From Octopus bimaculoides (lineage: Eukaryota): 51,430 nt of DNA. Below are positions 14,055-27,015 of this stretch, one piece after another. Where the stretch lies: the NCBI RefSeq assembly GCF_001194135.2, contig NC_068996.1, positions 9,932,038 to 9,983,467 of the forward strand, in the 5' to 3' direction. Every line of letters begins with the position of its first letter. Positions within the stretch are counted from its first letter, which is position 1. The position numbers and the translations under genes are program-made. Below the pieces are notes generated by a model that did no database searches, was not told the DNA's origin, and saw only the letters and a program-made list of their open reading frames with translations.

Positions 14055-15438
14055 GTGGACTCTCCTGTTGTAGACAACAATTGAGGGTTCCCATAATTCC
14101 TAGCTGAACAAGCTGTACAGACGATTTACTCTTTTACTTGTTTCAGTCATTTGACTGCGGCTATGCTGGAGCACCACCTTTAGTCGAGCAAGTCTACCCC
14201 AGGACTTATTCTTTGGAAGCCTAGTGCTTATTCTATCGGTCACTTTTGCCAAACCGCTAAGTTATGGGAACGTAAACACACCAGCATCGGTTGTCAAGCG
14301 ATGTTGGGGGGGACAAACACAGACACACAAACACACATATATATATATATATACATATATACGACGGGCTTCTTTCAGTTTCCGTCTGCCAAATCCACTC
14401 ACAAGGCTTTGGTCGGGCCTAGGCTATAGTAGAAGACACTTGCCCAAGGTGCCACGCAGTGGGACTGAATCTGGAACCATGTGGTTGGTAAGCAAGCTAC
14501 TTACCACACAGCCACATTATCATGTCATGCAACAAAACAATATCAATAAAATATGAATTCCCTTCATTTTTTTTTTAAAAAACCAATAAAAGAATATCCT
14601 ATGAAGTCAGCTACTTTCTTTATATTCTCATACTTTTAATAATAATATTTCTGTTTTTAACCCTAGGTCAAATTTGATTGAGCAGATTTTTCTATGATCA
14701 AATACATTTCAGCTTTGACCATTCTGTGTTTTCTTTGGGATTATGTTTGCCAATGTATCTTTTCTAACAATACAATAGTGTGATTTGAAGAAGATTTGGT
14801 TGCTATTTCTAATAGCTTAAGTGACAACATAGCAGCTTCTTTTCACTAATGATGTTGGTTAGTTGTGTAATACTGTACAATTAACCCACTCCCCTCCATC
14901 AAAAACAGATGTGTGATGTACCACAAATCAGATGTTGAAACGATCACAGAACAATGTGAAATGAAGTGTTTTATTCAAAAAAACAATACGCCATTTGGTC
15001 TAGGAATTAGCACCAGAATCTTGTGATTGAAATTGCAACATGCTAACCATAAGGCCACATTCCTTCAAAACACACATACATACATACCCATTATATACAT
15101 AAGTATATGAATAAAAGTTCTCAGATGTGTACAGTGAAATATATTAGCAATGATGGATGAATAACTCACAAATGGAGTTAACTTGTCTTTGCTTTATTTA
15201 TTCATATACAAGCATAAGCATTATCAATTCACACACACACACACACATATATATATTCTGTTTGAATGCTGCTATTTCCAAATCAAGAAACCATGTAAGG
15301 CCTTCCTAGTTGGAATTTGAAGTCAGAATGTAAATTGTTCAGTTGTAACAATTCTGCCAATCTTCTGCCACCATTTTAAATAGCTAGATGTAAAAATTTC
15401 TTCTTTAGGCACAATATTAATTTTGCTACAATTAATTC

Positions 15439-15490
<52 letters not shown>

Positions 15491-16493
15491 GGGCTTTTTT
15501 CAGTTTCTGTCTACCAAATCCAATCACAAGGCTTTGGTTGGTCTGAAGTGAGGTAGAAGACAGTGACACTGAACCCAAGACCATGTGTTTGGGAAGTGAG
15601 CCTTTTAGCCACACACCCACACTTGGCTTAGTGGTTAAAATAATCAGCTCACGATCGTAAGGTCGTGAGTTCAATTCCTGGCAATACGTTGTGTCCTTGA
15701 GCAAGACACTTTATTTCACGTTGCTCCAGTCCACTCAGCTGGCAAAAATGAGTAGTACCTGTATTTCAAAGGATCGGCCTTATCACATTCTGTGTCATGT
15801 TGAATCTCCCCAAGACCTGCATAAAGAGTACACGTGTCTGTGGATTGCTCAGTCACTTGCACGTTAATTTCACAAGCAGGCTGTCCCATTGATCAATTAA
15901 TTGGAACCTTCGTTATCATAACCAACAGAGTGCTAGTATATGAACCCTCATTAAATGTATTCTTAGAAGCCAAGTGTGTCTACTTTAACTGATTGTCTGA
16001 GTTAACCAATGGTCAGGGTTAACATTAAATACATATACAGAGGTCATTGGTCAGCACCCATGCCAGACTAGATTAACCAAAACCTTTGATCAAATGAATT
16101 TCAGCCATGACCATTTTGTTTTTTTTTCATTAAGCACCGTATTATACAACGTCCTTTTCTTCTTTGTTTTATTTCAAGACGGTAGAATATGATATGAAAT
16201 TTGATTGCTATTTCTAGCAGATTGTCAACCATGTAAAAGCTGTTTTATTGACTTGAGAGAAGAATTATTAAATATGGTGGACAATATGAACAGAAGACCT
16301 TAGAAGGTACATTCAAATCTAACTTACCTTCAACACATAACTACGCAACTCGTAGATGTGACTGCGGTCAGGTGATGGTGTTTCACGTGGCCAAAAGCTA
16401 AAACGTAACAAAATCTGGTTACGTCGAGAACGTAACATCTTGTTACGCTTTGATCGGAACTCCAAGAAATCCTGAAAGGGGAATATGTGACAT

Positions 16494-16576
<83 letters not shown>

Positions 16577-16914
16577 GGTGTGTATATGTGTGAGGAAGTG
16601 TTAAAATGATTGTGTAAGAGTGTGCATGTCAGGGAAAACGTCTGTATATGAAGGATTGGCTGTGTGTGTGAATGAGAAACTGTATGAGAGAATCTGAGAT
16701 TGCATGCAAGCAAAAAAGAAAGAAGAAAAGTAGAGAGACAGAGTAAGAGAGAAGAATACAGAAGATATATAACTAAAGAGAAGAGATGTAACAAAGATGT
16801 GATAAAAGAATGAAGAAAAGGCAATGAAACAGACAACTAATAGAAAGGAGAGAAAAAAATGAAAGATATGAGTGTGTACATATATATATATAACTCTACA
16901 CACACACACACACA

Positions 16915-16946
<32 letters not shown>

Positions 16947-19900
16947 CGCTTTAGTTTAGTTAAAATATGTTTGTGACATATTTCATCTGCTAATAGACAA
17001 ATTCACTACAATTACCATGGAGAGAGATTCTCTTATGAAGAATAAAAAGTTTTGAATGGTACAACAATGCACTATAATACAAAAAAAAAAAAAAAATGGA
17101 CGATATACCTGTTGTAATTTAGTTATCCATCTAAGAATATCTGAAGAAGGAATTGTATTCCGAAATATCATCGGACTATAGATAACCAAGTTACAACAGG
17201 TATATAGTCCATTTTTGGGTTCTATAGTGCATTGTTGTACCACTCAAAACTTTTTATTCTTTACAAACAATACACAATGCTTCAAGCAAACTACAATACT
17301 CTCCTATTCTCTTATGGTAAAAAGGTGTAAAAACAGCATATCTGTCTAGTGTCAATCCTCAGATTCCTAGACATCAATGCTTCTAGCTCTTTAACCATTA
17401 TCCATTTGCCTTTTAGCAGTTGAAATATATCACATGTTTTAACTAACACAAAGTTCACTTATGCCTACACAGTTTGGCACTGATATTACAGTAATATATG
17501 TGTGTGTGTGTGCATACACATAGAATTTCACAAACAAGAAAAGAAGGTGTGAGAGAAATGATAATAAATCAGAGTGGTGTTCTTATAAAGTTCCTCCAAG
17601 CTTGTAAAAAAAGAAAATTACCTTATCAGTACGATATTTCACTGTGGCATTGTTCAGTGCTGGGTAGCCACCATCATATTCCCAGATGTGAACTGTGGAA
17701 GAAAGAATGAAAAAAAAAAAAAGAAATAAGACAAGATGTTTTATTGAGCATAAAAACTGGGATGCCAAGAATTACGGCAGTGAGAACTTAATAAATTGTC
17801 ACAGTCCAATCCAAACCAGCATGGAAAACAGATGTTAAATGATGATGATGATGATGATGATGTTGACCACTGTAACCTATAATCATAAACATGGCTACAT
17901 GGTTAAGATACTCACTTTGCAACCCTATGGTCTCGGGTTCAGTCCCACTACATTGCACCTTGAGCAAGTATCTTCCACAAAAGCCTCGGGCCAACCTAAG
18001 CCTGGTGAGAGAATTTGGTTGACGGAAACTGTGTGGAAGCCTGTTGTATATGTGTGTGTGTAAGTATATATGAATGCATGTATGTTTTTTTGCCCCAACA
18101 CTACCACCATCACCACCACTTGACAACTGATGTTGGTTTTTTTATGCTTTCATAACTTAGCAGTTTACAAAATGAGACTGATAAAATAAGTACTGGGGCT
18201 GATTTATTTGATTAAACCCTTCAAGGTGATGCCCCAGCATGGCCGCAGTCCAATGACTGAAGCAAGACAAAGACACGATCAACCATCCCTTTTATTGTGT
18301 GAGTGTGGGGGGAGGGAGGGAGGGAGAGAGGGAGTTGTATGTAGCACTAAATTATCCCATGTGTCCTTCCTTTTCTTTAAAATGTTAGAGAGTAATTTCA
18401 GGAAGAGCTGACTGCTGTTTCTAGTCAAGAGGCTTTTTGTTGACTGGTAGCAGAAGTTGTTGTTGTTGTCATTGTTTAGCACCCTTCATCTAGTTTCTTT
18501 ATACAGGGTGGCCCAAAAGTAGGTTTACAGTTATTCCACTGTCTCTTTTGCATTCATATATTAACGGTTTAGATCTTGACTATTAAAAAAATATGAAACC
18601 ATTATTCTATGTTAATTTAGTTAATTGTAAGACAGAAATTTAAATGTAATAAAATGTTTTAAAAGAAATTCAAAGTGCCTACTTTTAGGCCACCCTGTAT
18701 AAGTGTGTATTAATTTGGTAGACAGAAACTATCAACTATATAAGGTGGCGAGCTGGTAGAAACGTTAGCATGCCGGGCGAAATGCTTAGCGGTATTTCGT
18801 CTGCCGTTACGTTCTGAGTTCAAATTCCGCCGAGGTCAACTTTGCCTTTCATCCTTTCGGGGTTGATTAAATAAGTACCAGTTACGCATTGGGGTCAATG
18901 TAATCGACTTAATCCCTTTGTCTGTCCTTGTTTGTCCCCTCTATGTTTAGCCCCTTGTGGGCAATAAAGAAATAAGAAACTATAAAGTTAGCTCTGTGTG
19001 TGTATGTGTGTATACACACGTATATGTATAGTGAAGACATGTAACTTAGTAATTAGAGTGTTGGACTCGTGATTGTAAGATAGCAGTTTCAATTCCTGGA
19101 CCAGGTAATGCATTGTATTCTTAAGTAAAACACTTCACTTCACATTGCTCCAGTCCACATAGTTGGCAAAGATGAGTGATCCTGTGACAGATTGACATCC
19201 CATCCAATGGGGTACACATATACTCCACAGAAACTAGGAAAACCAGCACCTCTGAGTCTATGTGACTTGGGATCTTTATCCTTTTCATCCTTTGTGTGTG
19301 TGTGTGCATGCACCTGTATAATTCAGTTCCTTGCCATTTACATCACATGCTAATTGTTTTCTGACTAGTAGAAAGGAAACTTCACAGTTTAGAAACAAGC
19401 AGGGGTTAGCAACAGAAAGAGCATCCAGCTGTAGAAAATATGCCTCAATAAATTTCATTTGGCCCATGCAAGAATATTGTATTGTTCAATGTCTTTCCTT
19501 TAAGATGTTAAAGCATAGAATTTGAAAAAAATTTGGCTGCTATTTCTCATAGATTAAACAATTGTGAAGAAGCTCCCTCACGAGTTCAATTTTTGTAAGT
19601 TAATTGCAGATAGTAGTGGGGGGGGGGCAGCAAAGTACAACCATATGACCATTGCTGCAAATCCTCCCAGACTGGTCAGACATAGATTTTCTGTTGATGT
19701 AATATATTGTATAAACACACAATGTAAACGTTCAAACATCATCACTATCATTCCTAATCCAACAGCATTTCACATGGAACTTTTGGTCCTCCAAAGTCAT
19801 CTTGGTGTATAGGTCACCTTACCCTTTTTGGGCTGTAAACTTTGGTTTGGAAAATTCAACTTTCATGCTAAAAAATACAGCATGCAGTTGATATTTAGTC

Positions 19901-22900
19901 AGACTAGGAGAGGATTCTAGAGAATCGGCACCTGTGCCTAGCACGGCCTTCCTGGCACTTGTGCCAGATGGCACGTTAGAAAATCATTTGAGAGAGGTCG
20001 TTGCCAGTGCCGCTGGACTGGCTCCTGTGCAGGTGGCACATAAAATACACCATTTCGAGCGTGGTCGTTGCCAGTACCGCCTGACTGGCCTTCGTGCTTG
20101 TGGCACGTAAAAGCACCCTCTACACTCTCGGAGTGGTTGGCGTCAGGAAGAGCATCCAGCTGTAGAAACTCTGCCAAATCAGATTGGAGCCTGGTATAGC
20201 CATCTGGTTCCACCAGTCCTCAGTCAAATCGTCCAACCCATGCTAGCATGGAAAGTGGATGTTAAATGATGATGATGAGGATGTTGATGTATGTAGTGCA
20301 GGGTTTGGAAATTGAATAGGAATGACAATGGGTGGAGGAAAGACAAGTGGAATGGACGCGTTGGGGAGAAAAGATAAACAGCTGAATTGGTATGGAGGTG
20401 CAGAAACCATCACAACAGAGACAGAGGGTAGATACAGCACCATCGGTTAGCTAAGGATCGAATTTTTATTTATTTATCTTTTTGTTCCAATCACTGGACA
20501 GTGGTCATGCTGGGGCACCACCCTGAAGGGTTTTAGTCAAATGAATTGAATCCAGTACTTGCCTTTATTTTAAGTCTGGTACTTATTCTATTGGTCTCCT
20601 ATGCTGAACAGCTAAGTATTGGGGATGCAAACAAACCAACACCAGTTGTCAAACAGTGGTGGGGGACCAACACACACATAGGTATTTATATACATAAATT
20701 GTTATTTATCCAAAGAAGTGGAAGTATAGAAGAAATGAGGTTGAAAATGTCCACAGAAGAAATTAGAATTAGATTTAATTATATTTTAAAATATAAGAAT
20801 ACATCTGACCAGTTACACAAAAGATTTTCAAAAGTGTGTAGCATAAGGTGTTGTGTCATTAATTATACCTATTCTGACTGTTCTTATAAAAATAATTTAT
20901 TTTTAAAGTAGGAATGTGATTCAGAACGCTATCCATTAATGTACAAATTGATTGGTCAACATTCATGTAGCAGTCATATGGTCAACACTCACATGGCAGT
21001 TACAAAAGAAGTTTAGGTTAACGAAAATGTTATTTTCACAAATTCTTCATTATTTTCAAAATTAATTGAAACAAAGGCAGTATGGAATACTTTAGATAGG
21101 TTTTATCTTTAATGTGACCATATATAAGGATAAAGTTTGGATGGTGGTCCTTTCAAACACTCATGTAATTCTTCGTGTGTGTATGTGTGTGTGTGTGCCA
21201 TGGGCTTCTTTTAGTTTTTATCAGTGGCGGCTTGTGTATAGGCACTATGGAACTGCAGCACCCCCTATTTCCACTTAATATCATCAATAACATTCAATAT
21301 ATATAATGAGTCCTTTTTTCTTCAATTTTTTTTTTATACTGGTACATTATATAATCCTTAAGCTTAATGTCAGTAGCCATCCCCTAGTTTATGAAAAAAT
21401 ACAAGAATCCTTGTATAAAACTGTGTGCTTCACAGTTCCAGTGACATGGTGTTTGGCTGTTGTGCACATGCCCACATGTCTGAGATAGGAAGCTTCATGC
21501 TAGGGAGAGAGAGCACTGTTGTTCACGTAGTGCCGGTGTAAGCTAGTGTTTCTTTTTGATTTCACATGTGTTGTGCTTAAAAATGTGTTTATATTTTTGA
21601 ATGTGATAAAGTGTAGGATTAGATTATTATCCTGCTTCCAGCTACAGTGTTGCTGCGAGGATTTGAAAAATAGGACAGATTTCCCCCACTTATTTTGTGA
21701 TTTAGGGGGGATTTTTGAAAAATGAAGGGGAATTCACAGCAGTGTTCAGTGACCAAATTAAACACACTACTTGGCATTGGTTAAAATGTGAACCGATCAA
21801 GTTCAAGTATAAATTTCCTTTTTATATGTTTGTTTCCTTTTACACAATATTAAAACAACGGCTAAAAATTTTCTGAAGCACCAGCCCCACTGATTTTATC
21901 TGCTGTCACTGGTTTCTATCAGCCTGAGATTATATTAGAAGACATATGTAGAAGGTGGCATGCAATGAGACTGAACCTAGAATCATGTGGTTGTGAAGCA
22001 ATCTTCTTACCACACAGTGGACAATTACTATATTTACTTTTGTATAACACAAGAGATTTAAAATCAAACATCAGAATAAAAAGTAGTGGGTAGCATAAAA
22101 ATAAATGGGAAAAAAAAAAAGAGAAACATATTTTTTTTTACTAAAAGTTGAGGTCACATACCACAAGGAGTCTCAGTTCCCTGTCATCTCCTCTATGATC
22201 CCAACCTATGACCATATAACTATGCTTTCTCACCACTTCTTCCCTCATATCCCTGGGTGTATATGTACATACATACATGAAGGGTAGTCAGAAAGTAATG
22301 CAATTTTTTTTATTTGCTTTATTTTCTGACTTGCTTTTAAACCTGCTCAGTTTTCTCATAAATCAGCAAATGCAGTTTTGTGGATTTCTTTATTGGAATG
22401 AAAATCCCTAATGAGCTTATGAAAAGACCGTCAAAGTGGGTTGGCCGTCAATGCGGAGGTAAAAATAAGTGAAAAATAAGTGAAAATATTGATGTCCAAT
22501 GGTCTTAATGCCCTTTTAACACAAATCCTCTAAAGAGAATGGTGGCATATATTCATTCTTGAAGCATCCCAGTAAAAACAAATGTCAAATATGCTAACTG
22601 CAGTTGTATTTCATTGGAGAACAACTTCTTTCAGATGAATGTGTGTTCATAACACACTATAATCATTAGTGTAAGTGGACTTTGGAACATCTAGTGTCTC
22701 AACTTTATTGTGTTTTCTCAGCCTAACCAATTTCAGACTGGCTCTTGTTTATAAAGAGAAGTTTCTCTGAAACAAAATCCAACAGCTAACACCATTCTAT
22801 TTTTATATACATGTTATAAATGATATACATATTGTTTTAAACTTGTGCGATTTCAGGTGTGTATACTGAGTTATTGAACTAACACAGATTTCATGTATGT

Positions 22901-25900
22901 ATGAGGGTAGGGGAGAGGGAGATAGCCTACTTATAGTCTGTGTAATCATTTCTCAGTATATAACCATTTTATCACCCCTCAAACAATGGAAGGGTAAAAT
23001 CACCCTTAACAAAATTTGATCAGGTAACAAAAGGTCAACAAAAAATGGCAAGGCATTTGCCTTGTGCTTTATGAATTCTATGAAACATCACCCTTCATGT
23101 ATTATCATAAGATCACAAATTTGTAGAAAATGAATCATCATCATCATCATCGTTTAACGTCCGCTTTCCATGCTAGCATAGGTTGGACGATTTGACTGAG
23201 GACTGGCGAACCAGATGGCTGCACCAGGCTCCAATCTGATCTGGCAAAGTTTCTACATCTGGATGCCCTTCCTAATGCCAACAACTACTCCAAAAGCTGA
23301 CTAGTATTTATGCTATTGACCCATGAGCTTGAAAGTTAATTTATCTCAGTGCGATTTGAATCTACAACACAAAGGGTGAAACTAATTACTGTAAGGCATT
23401 TAATTCAATACCAGTGTTTCTGTCAATGTCACCGGAAATAAACTGATCTCATAATCTGGTGCTATCTTTTGTACAAGACACCTTTTTTTGTTTGTGGTAT
23501 GTGGCATATACAAATGGACACTTACTTAATTTAATGATCTTGAATTTATAAAAAGACAAAACTTCAAACCAGAAAAAGTATAGAATATCTGTAGAGGTAA
23601 CCTTAACAAGTAAGAAAGAGCAAGGTACAATATTATTGTTTTCTGTTTTTCTTTTACTTGTTTCAGTCATTTGATAGTGGCCATGCTGGAGCACTGCCTT
23701 CAAGGGTTTTAGTTGAAGAAATCAACCCCAGAACTTATTCTTGTATAAGCCTAGTACTTATTCTATCACTCTCTTTTGCTGAACTGCTAAGTTATGGAGA
23801 CGTAAACACATCAACACTGGTTGTTAAATGGTGATGGGGGACAAACAGACACACACACATGTGATGGCTTTTTCAGTTTCTGAACCAAATCCACTCACAA
23901 GGCTTTGGTCAGTCTGAGGCTAGAGTAGAAGACAATTGCCCAACCTGCCACACAGAGGGGATGAACCTGGAACCACATGGTTGGGAAGTAAGCTTCTTAC
24001 CACAGAGCCACGTCTGGGGCAAATTATATTAAGTTAGGCGCAGGCATGGCTGTGTGGAAAGAAGTTTGCTTCTCCCAACTACATGGTTTCAGGTTCAATC
24101 CCACTGCATAGCACCCTGGGGCAAGTGTCTTCTACTATAGGCTTGAACTGACCAAAGTCTTGTGAGTATATTTGATAAATAGAAACTCAATAAAGTCTAT
24201 CATGTGTGTATGTGTGTGTGTGTGTATACATTTTATAGAGAGCTACACCATGTTCCACACAGCCATACATGTGCTTATTCATAAGAACTAATTCCAAAAC
24301 AAACAGAACTAGTTCACAAACACAAACATGCACATCTCCATTATCTTTGCAACAATTAAAAGACACTTATACACCTTTTCCTTCAGATTAAAAAAAAAAA
24401 AGGATTAACTTACTAGCTTCATCTTGGTCACCAACTTCAACCGTGAAACTTCCTACCAACTGTGCACCCCAGCGTTTCTCATGTACCAACTTTTGAAACT
24501 CATTGCTGCAAAATACCATTTAGAAAGAAGATGAAGTAAGATAGCTGAAAAGGGAAGGAAAAAATATGTTTCATTAATATTGCTAATTAAAAAGCAATGT
24601 TTTTTTCTTTCTCTTTCTTTTATCTTTATCAATATCTAGCTTTCTTCTGGAATTCACAGCAAAACAGACATGAAGAACATTGCATAGTATTTATGTTAAA
24701 ACTTGTTATACTATGCTTGCAAACCCCAAAATTTACCATCATTAAGCTAGGAAATTCACCATATGATTTCACTCCATTTCATTTTTATAACACACACACA
24801 CATTTTGTATCTAAGCAGCGAAGTGTGTGGAAAGTTATGACAAAATTATTTAAAATTACAAAATGTTTCAATTATATATTTAAATCAACATGATCAAACC
24901 AGTAAAATAATATACATATATATAATCTTAGGATTATTGTTATTATTACTGTACACGATATTAAATAAGTGATACATAAACCAGTCGTATCAGGCCCAAA
25001 TATTCTACTTGTTTTATGCTAAAACTGGCCAGATCAGGCCTCTCACACCTACCCGATACTGTGTTACGTGGTTAATGTTAGGAAGAGCATCCAGCTGTAG
25101 AATCATGCCAAAGTAGACATAGAACCTGGGGGAGCTCTCTGGTTCGTCTACTCTTGTCAAACCACCTAACCCATGCCAGCATAGAAAACAGGACATATAA
25201 CGATAACTATATAATTTATTGCAATAATATATGACTAAATGAAAATTTAGTCTTTTTCCATAGATTACAGACAGTGTTTTAAAAGCCTTTGGTTTGATGC
25301 TTTCCTCACCTCTTAAAAGCATTTATTTCCAAACCAAACTGATGACAACTTAATTCTAGCATTTCAACTGGCAATATCCGGCCAAAATATTCCACCTAAT
25401 TTATGTTCAAACTAACCATTCTAAACATAAACAACCACTTTATTGAAATCTCAAAGCTATGCATGATTAATTTTAAATAATCTGAATAAATATGCATTAC
25501 ATTTGACAGAGTAATCTGTATGCTAAAAGTTTAAACAAGTATTATCTATATTCAATTAATTGATTGCATTGCTTCTATAGCTAAATTCTACAAAGATCTG
25601 CTACTCCATCAGCCATTTATTCATTCTAAAGACTGTATTGTTAAAACTTTCACTTCATAACTTTGAGATAACAGGTTTGAGGCCTTTATGCAGAGCCTTG
25701 GTCAAGTCTTTTATTATGGTCTATAGTTGACCAATGTCTTGGGAGTGGAACTTTCTCAGCCATACAAACCATGCCAGCGCTTATTGGGTGACTTGTAATG
25801 TTAAATATAAAGTTGCATGTTAAAACAGTAACAGTATTTTAAAGGTACATGTGGTGCAGAAATTCGAACAACATTAACGCAACAAAACAAGGAGTCCAGG

Positions 25901-26957
25901 TAAATTTTACAGGTACTGTCTGCCCCACAACCTGTAGCATATAATTTTTGTTTTCTTGCCTTTAACCCTCCAACGCGGAGTATAGGCCACTTATAATTGA
26001 ATTCTATGTCGCATAATTTCTCGCTTCTGTACTTATACTCTGCCATGAATGTCTCCCTTTCTCTAGTTCCTTTTGTGTTGATCTACGCCACAAGTTCTTA
26101 GGCCTACCTCTCTTTCTATATCCATCCGGATTCCACTGTAAAGCACTTTTCACTACATTTGGTGTGTCCTTTCTAATTGTGTTACCAATCCACTTCCACT
26201 TTTTCTTAAATATTTGCTCCCTAATCGAAACTTGATTTGTTCTTTGCCATAGCTCCATATTGCTTATATGTTCGGGCCATCTAATTTTAAGTATACTACG
26301 CAAGCATCTGTTGATGAATGATTGTATTTGCTTATTTGACTTAACTGTTGTTCGCCATGTCTTAGCCCCATACAATAACGAAGAGATAAATGTAATGAAG
26401 TAGTATTCCTACAAACTAGGACAAAGTGACGTTTTCCTCTTCAGACGAGATTATCTTGGGCTAAAAAGAAAACCTCTATATGGTCATTCCAATCTGTTAT
26501 AAGCAATAGCCAAATTTCCCTTAAATAAAACAGTGCCATCTTAAGGAAAAAGCAAGACTTACTGCATCATATTGATACACAGTATAAAAATTAAATGTGG
26601 TGAGTCTTCATATTGGCATGCCTTGGAACATAGGTCTGTTTCATCAGAATTGACCTGGGGCTGAACATCAACAGGTTATTTAGATCACTGAAGCAGTTCA
26701 TATGAAAGAGACTAGTATACCAAAATATATTTGGTAGAAGTATATATCAAATGCTATGTTTCGTTTGTAAGTACTCTGCTACGCTTTATGAACAGGCACA
26801 GGAGTGGCTGTGTGATAAGTAGCTTGCTTACCAACCACATGGTTCTGGGTTCAGTCCCACTGCATGGCACCTTGGGCAAGTGTCTTCTACTATAGCCTCG
26901 GGCTGACCAAAGCCTTGTGAGTGGATTTGGTAGACGGAAACTGAAAGAAGCCCGTCG

Positions 26958-27015
<58 letters not shown>

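Noticed and set aside
22274-23101. TACATGAAGGGT inverted 12-mers as mariner TIRs
   Set aside because: Match is short and the interior has no recognisable transposase; may be chance or a very old relic
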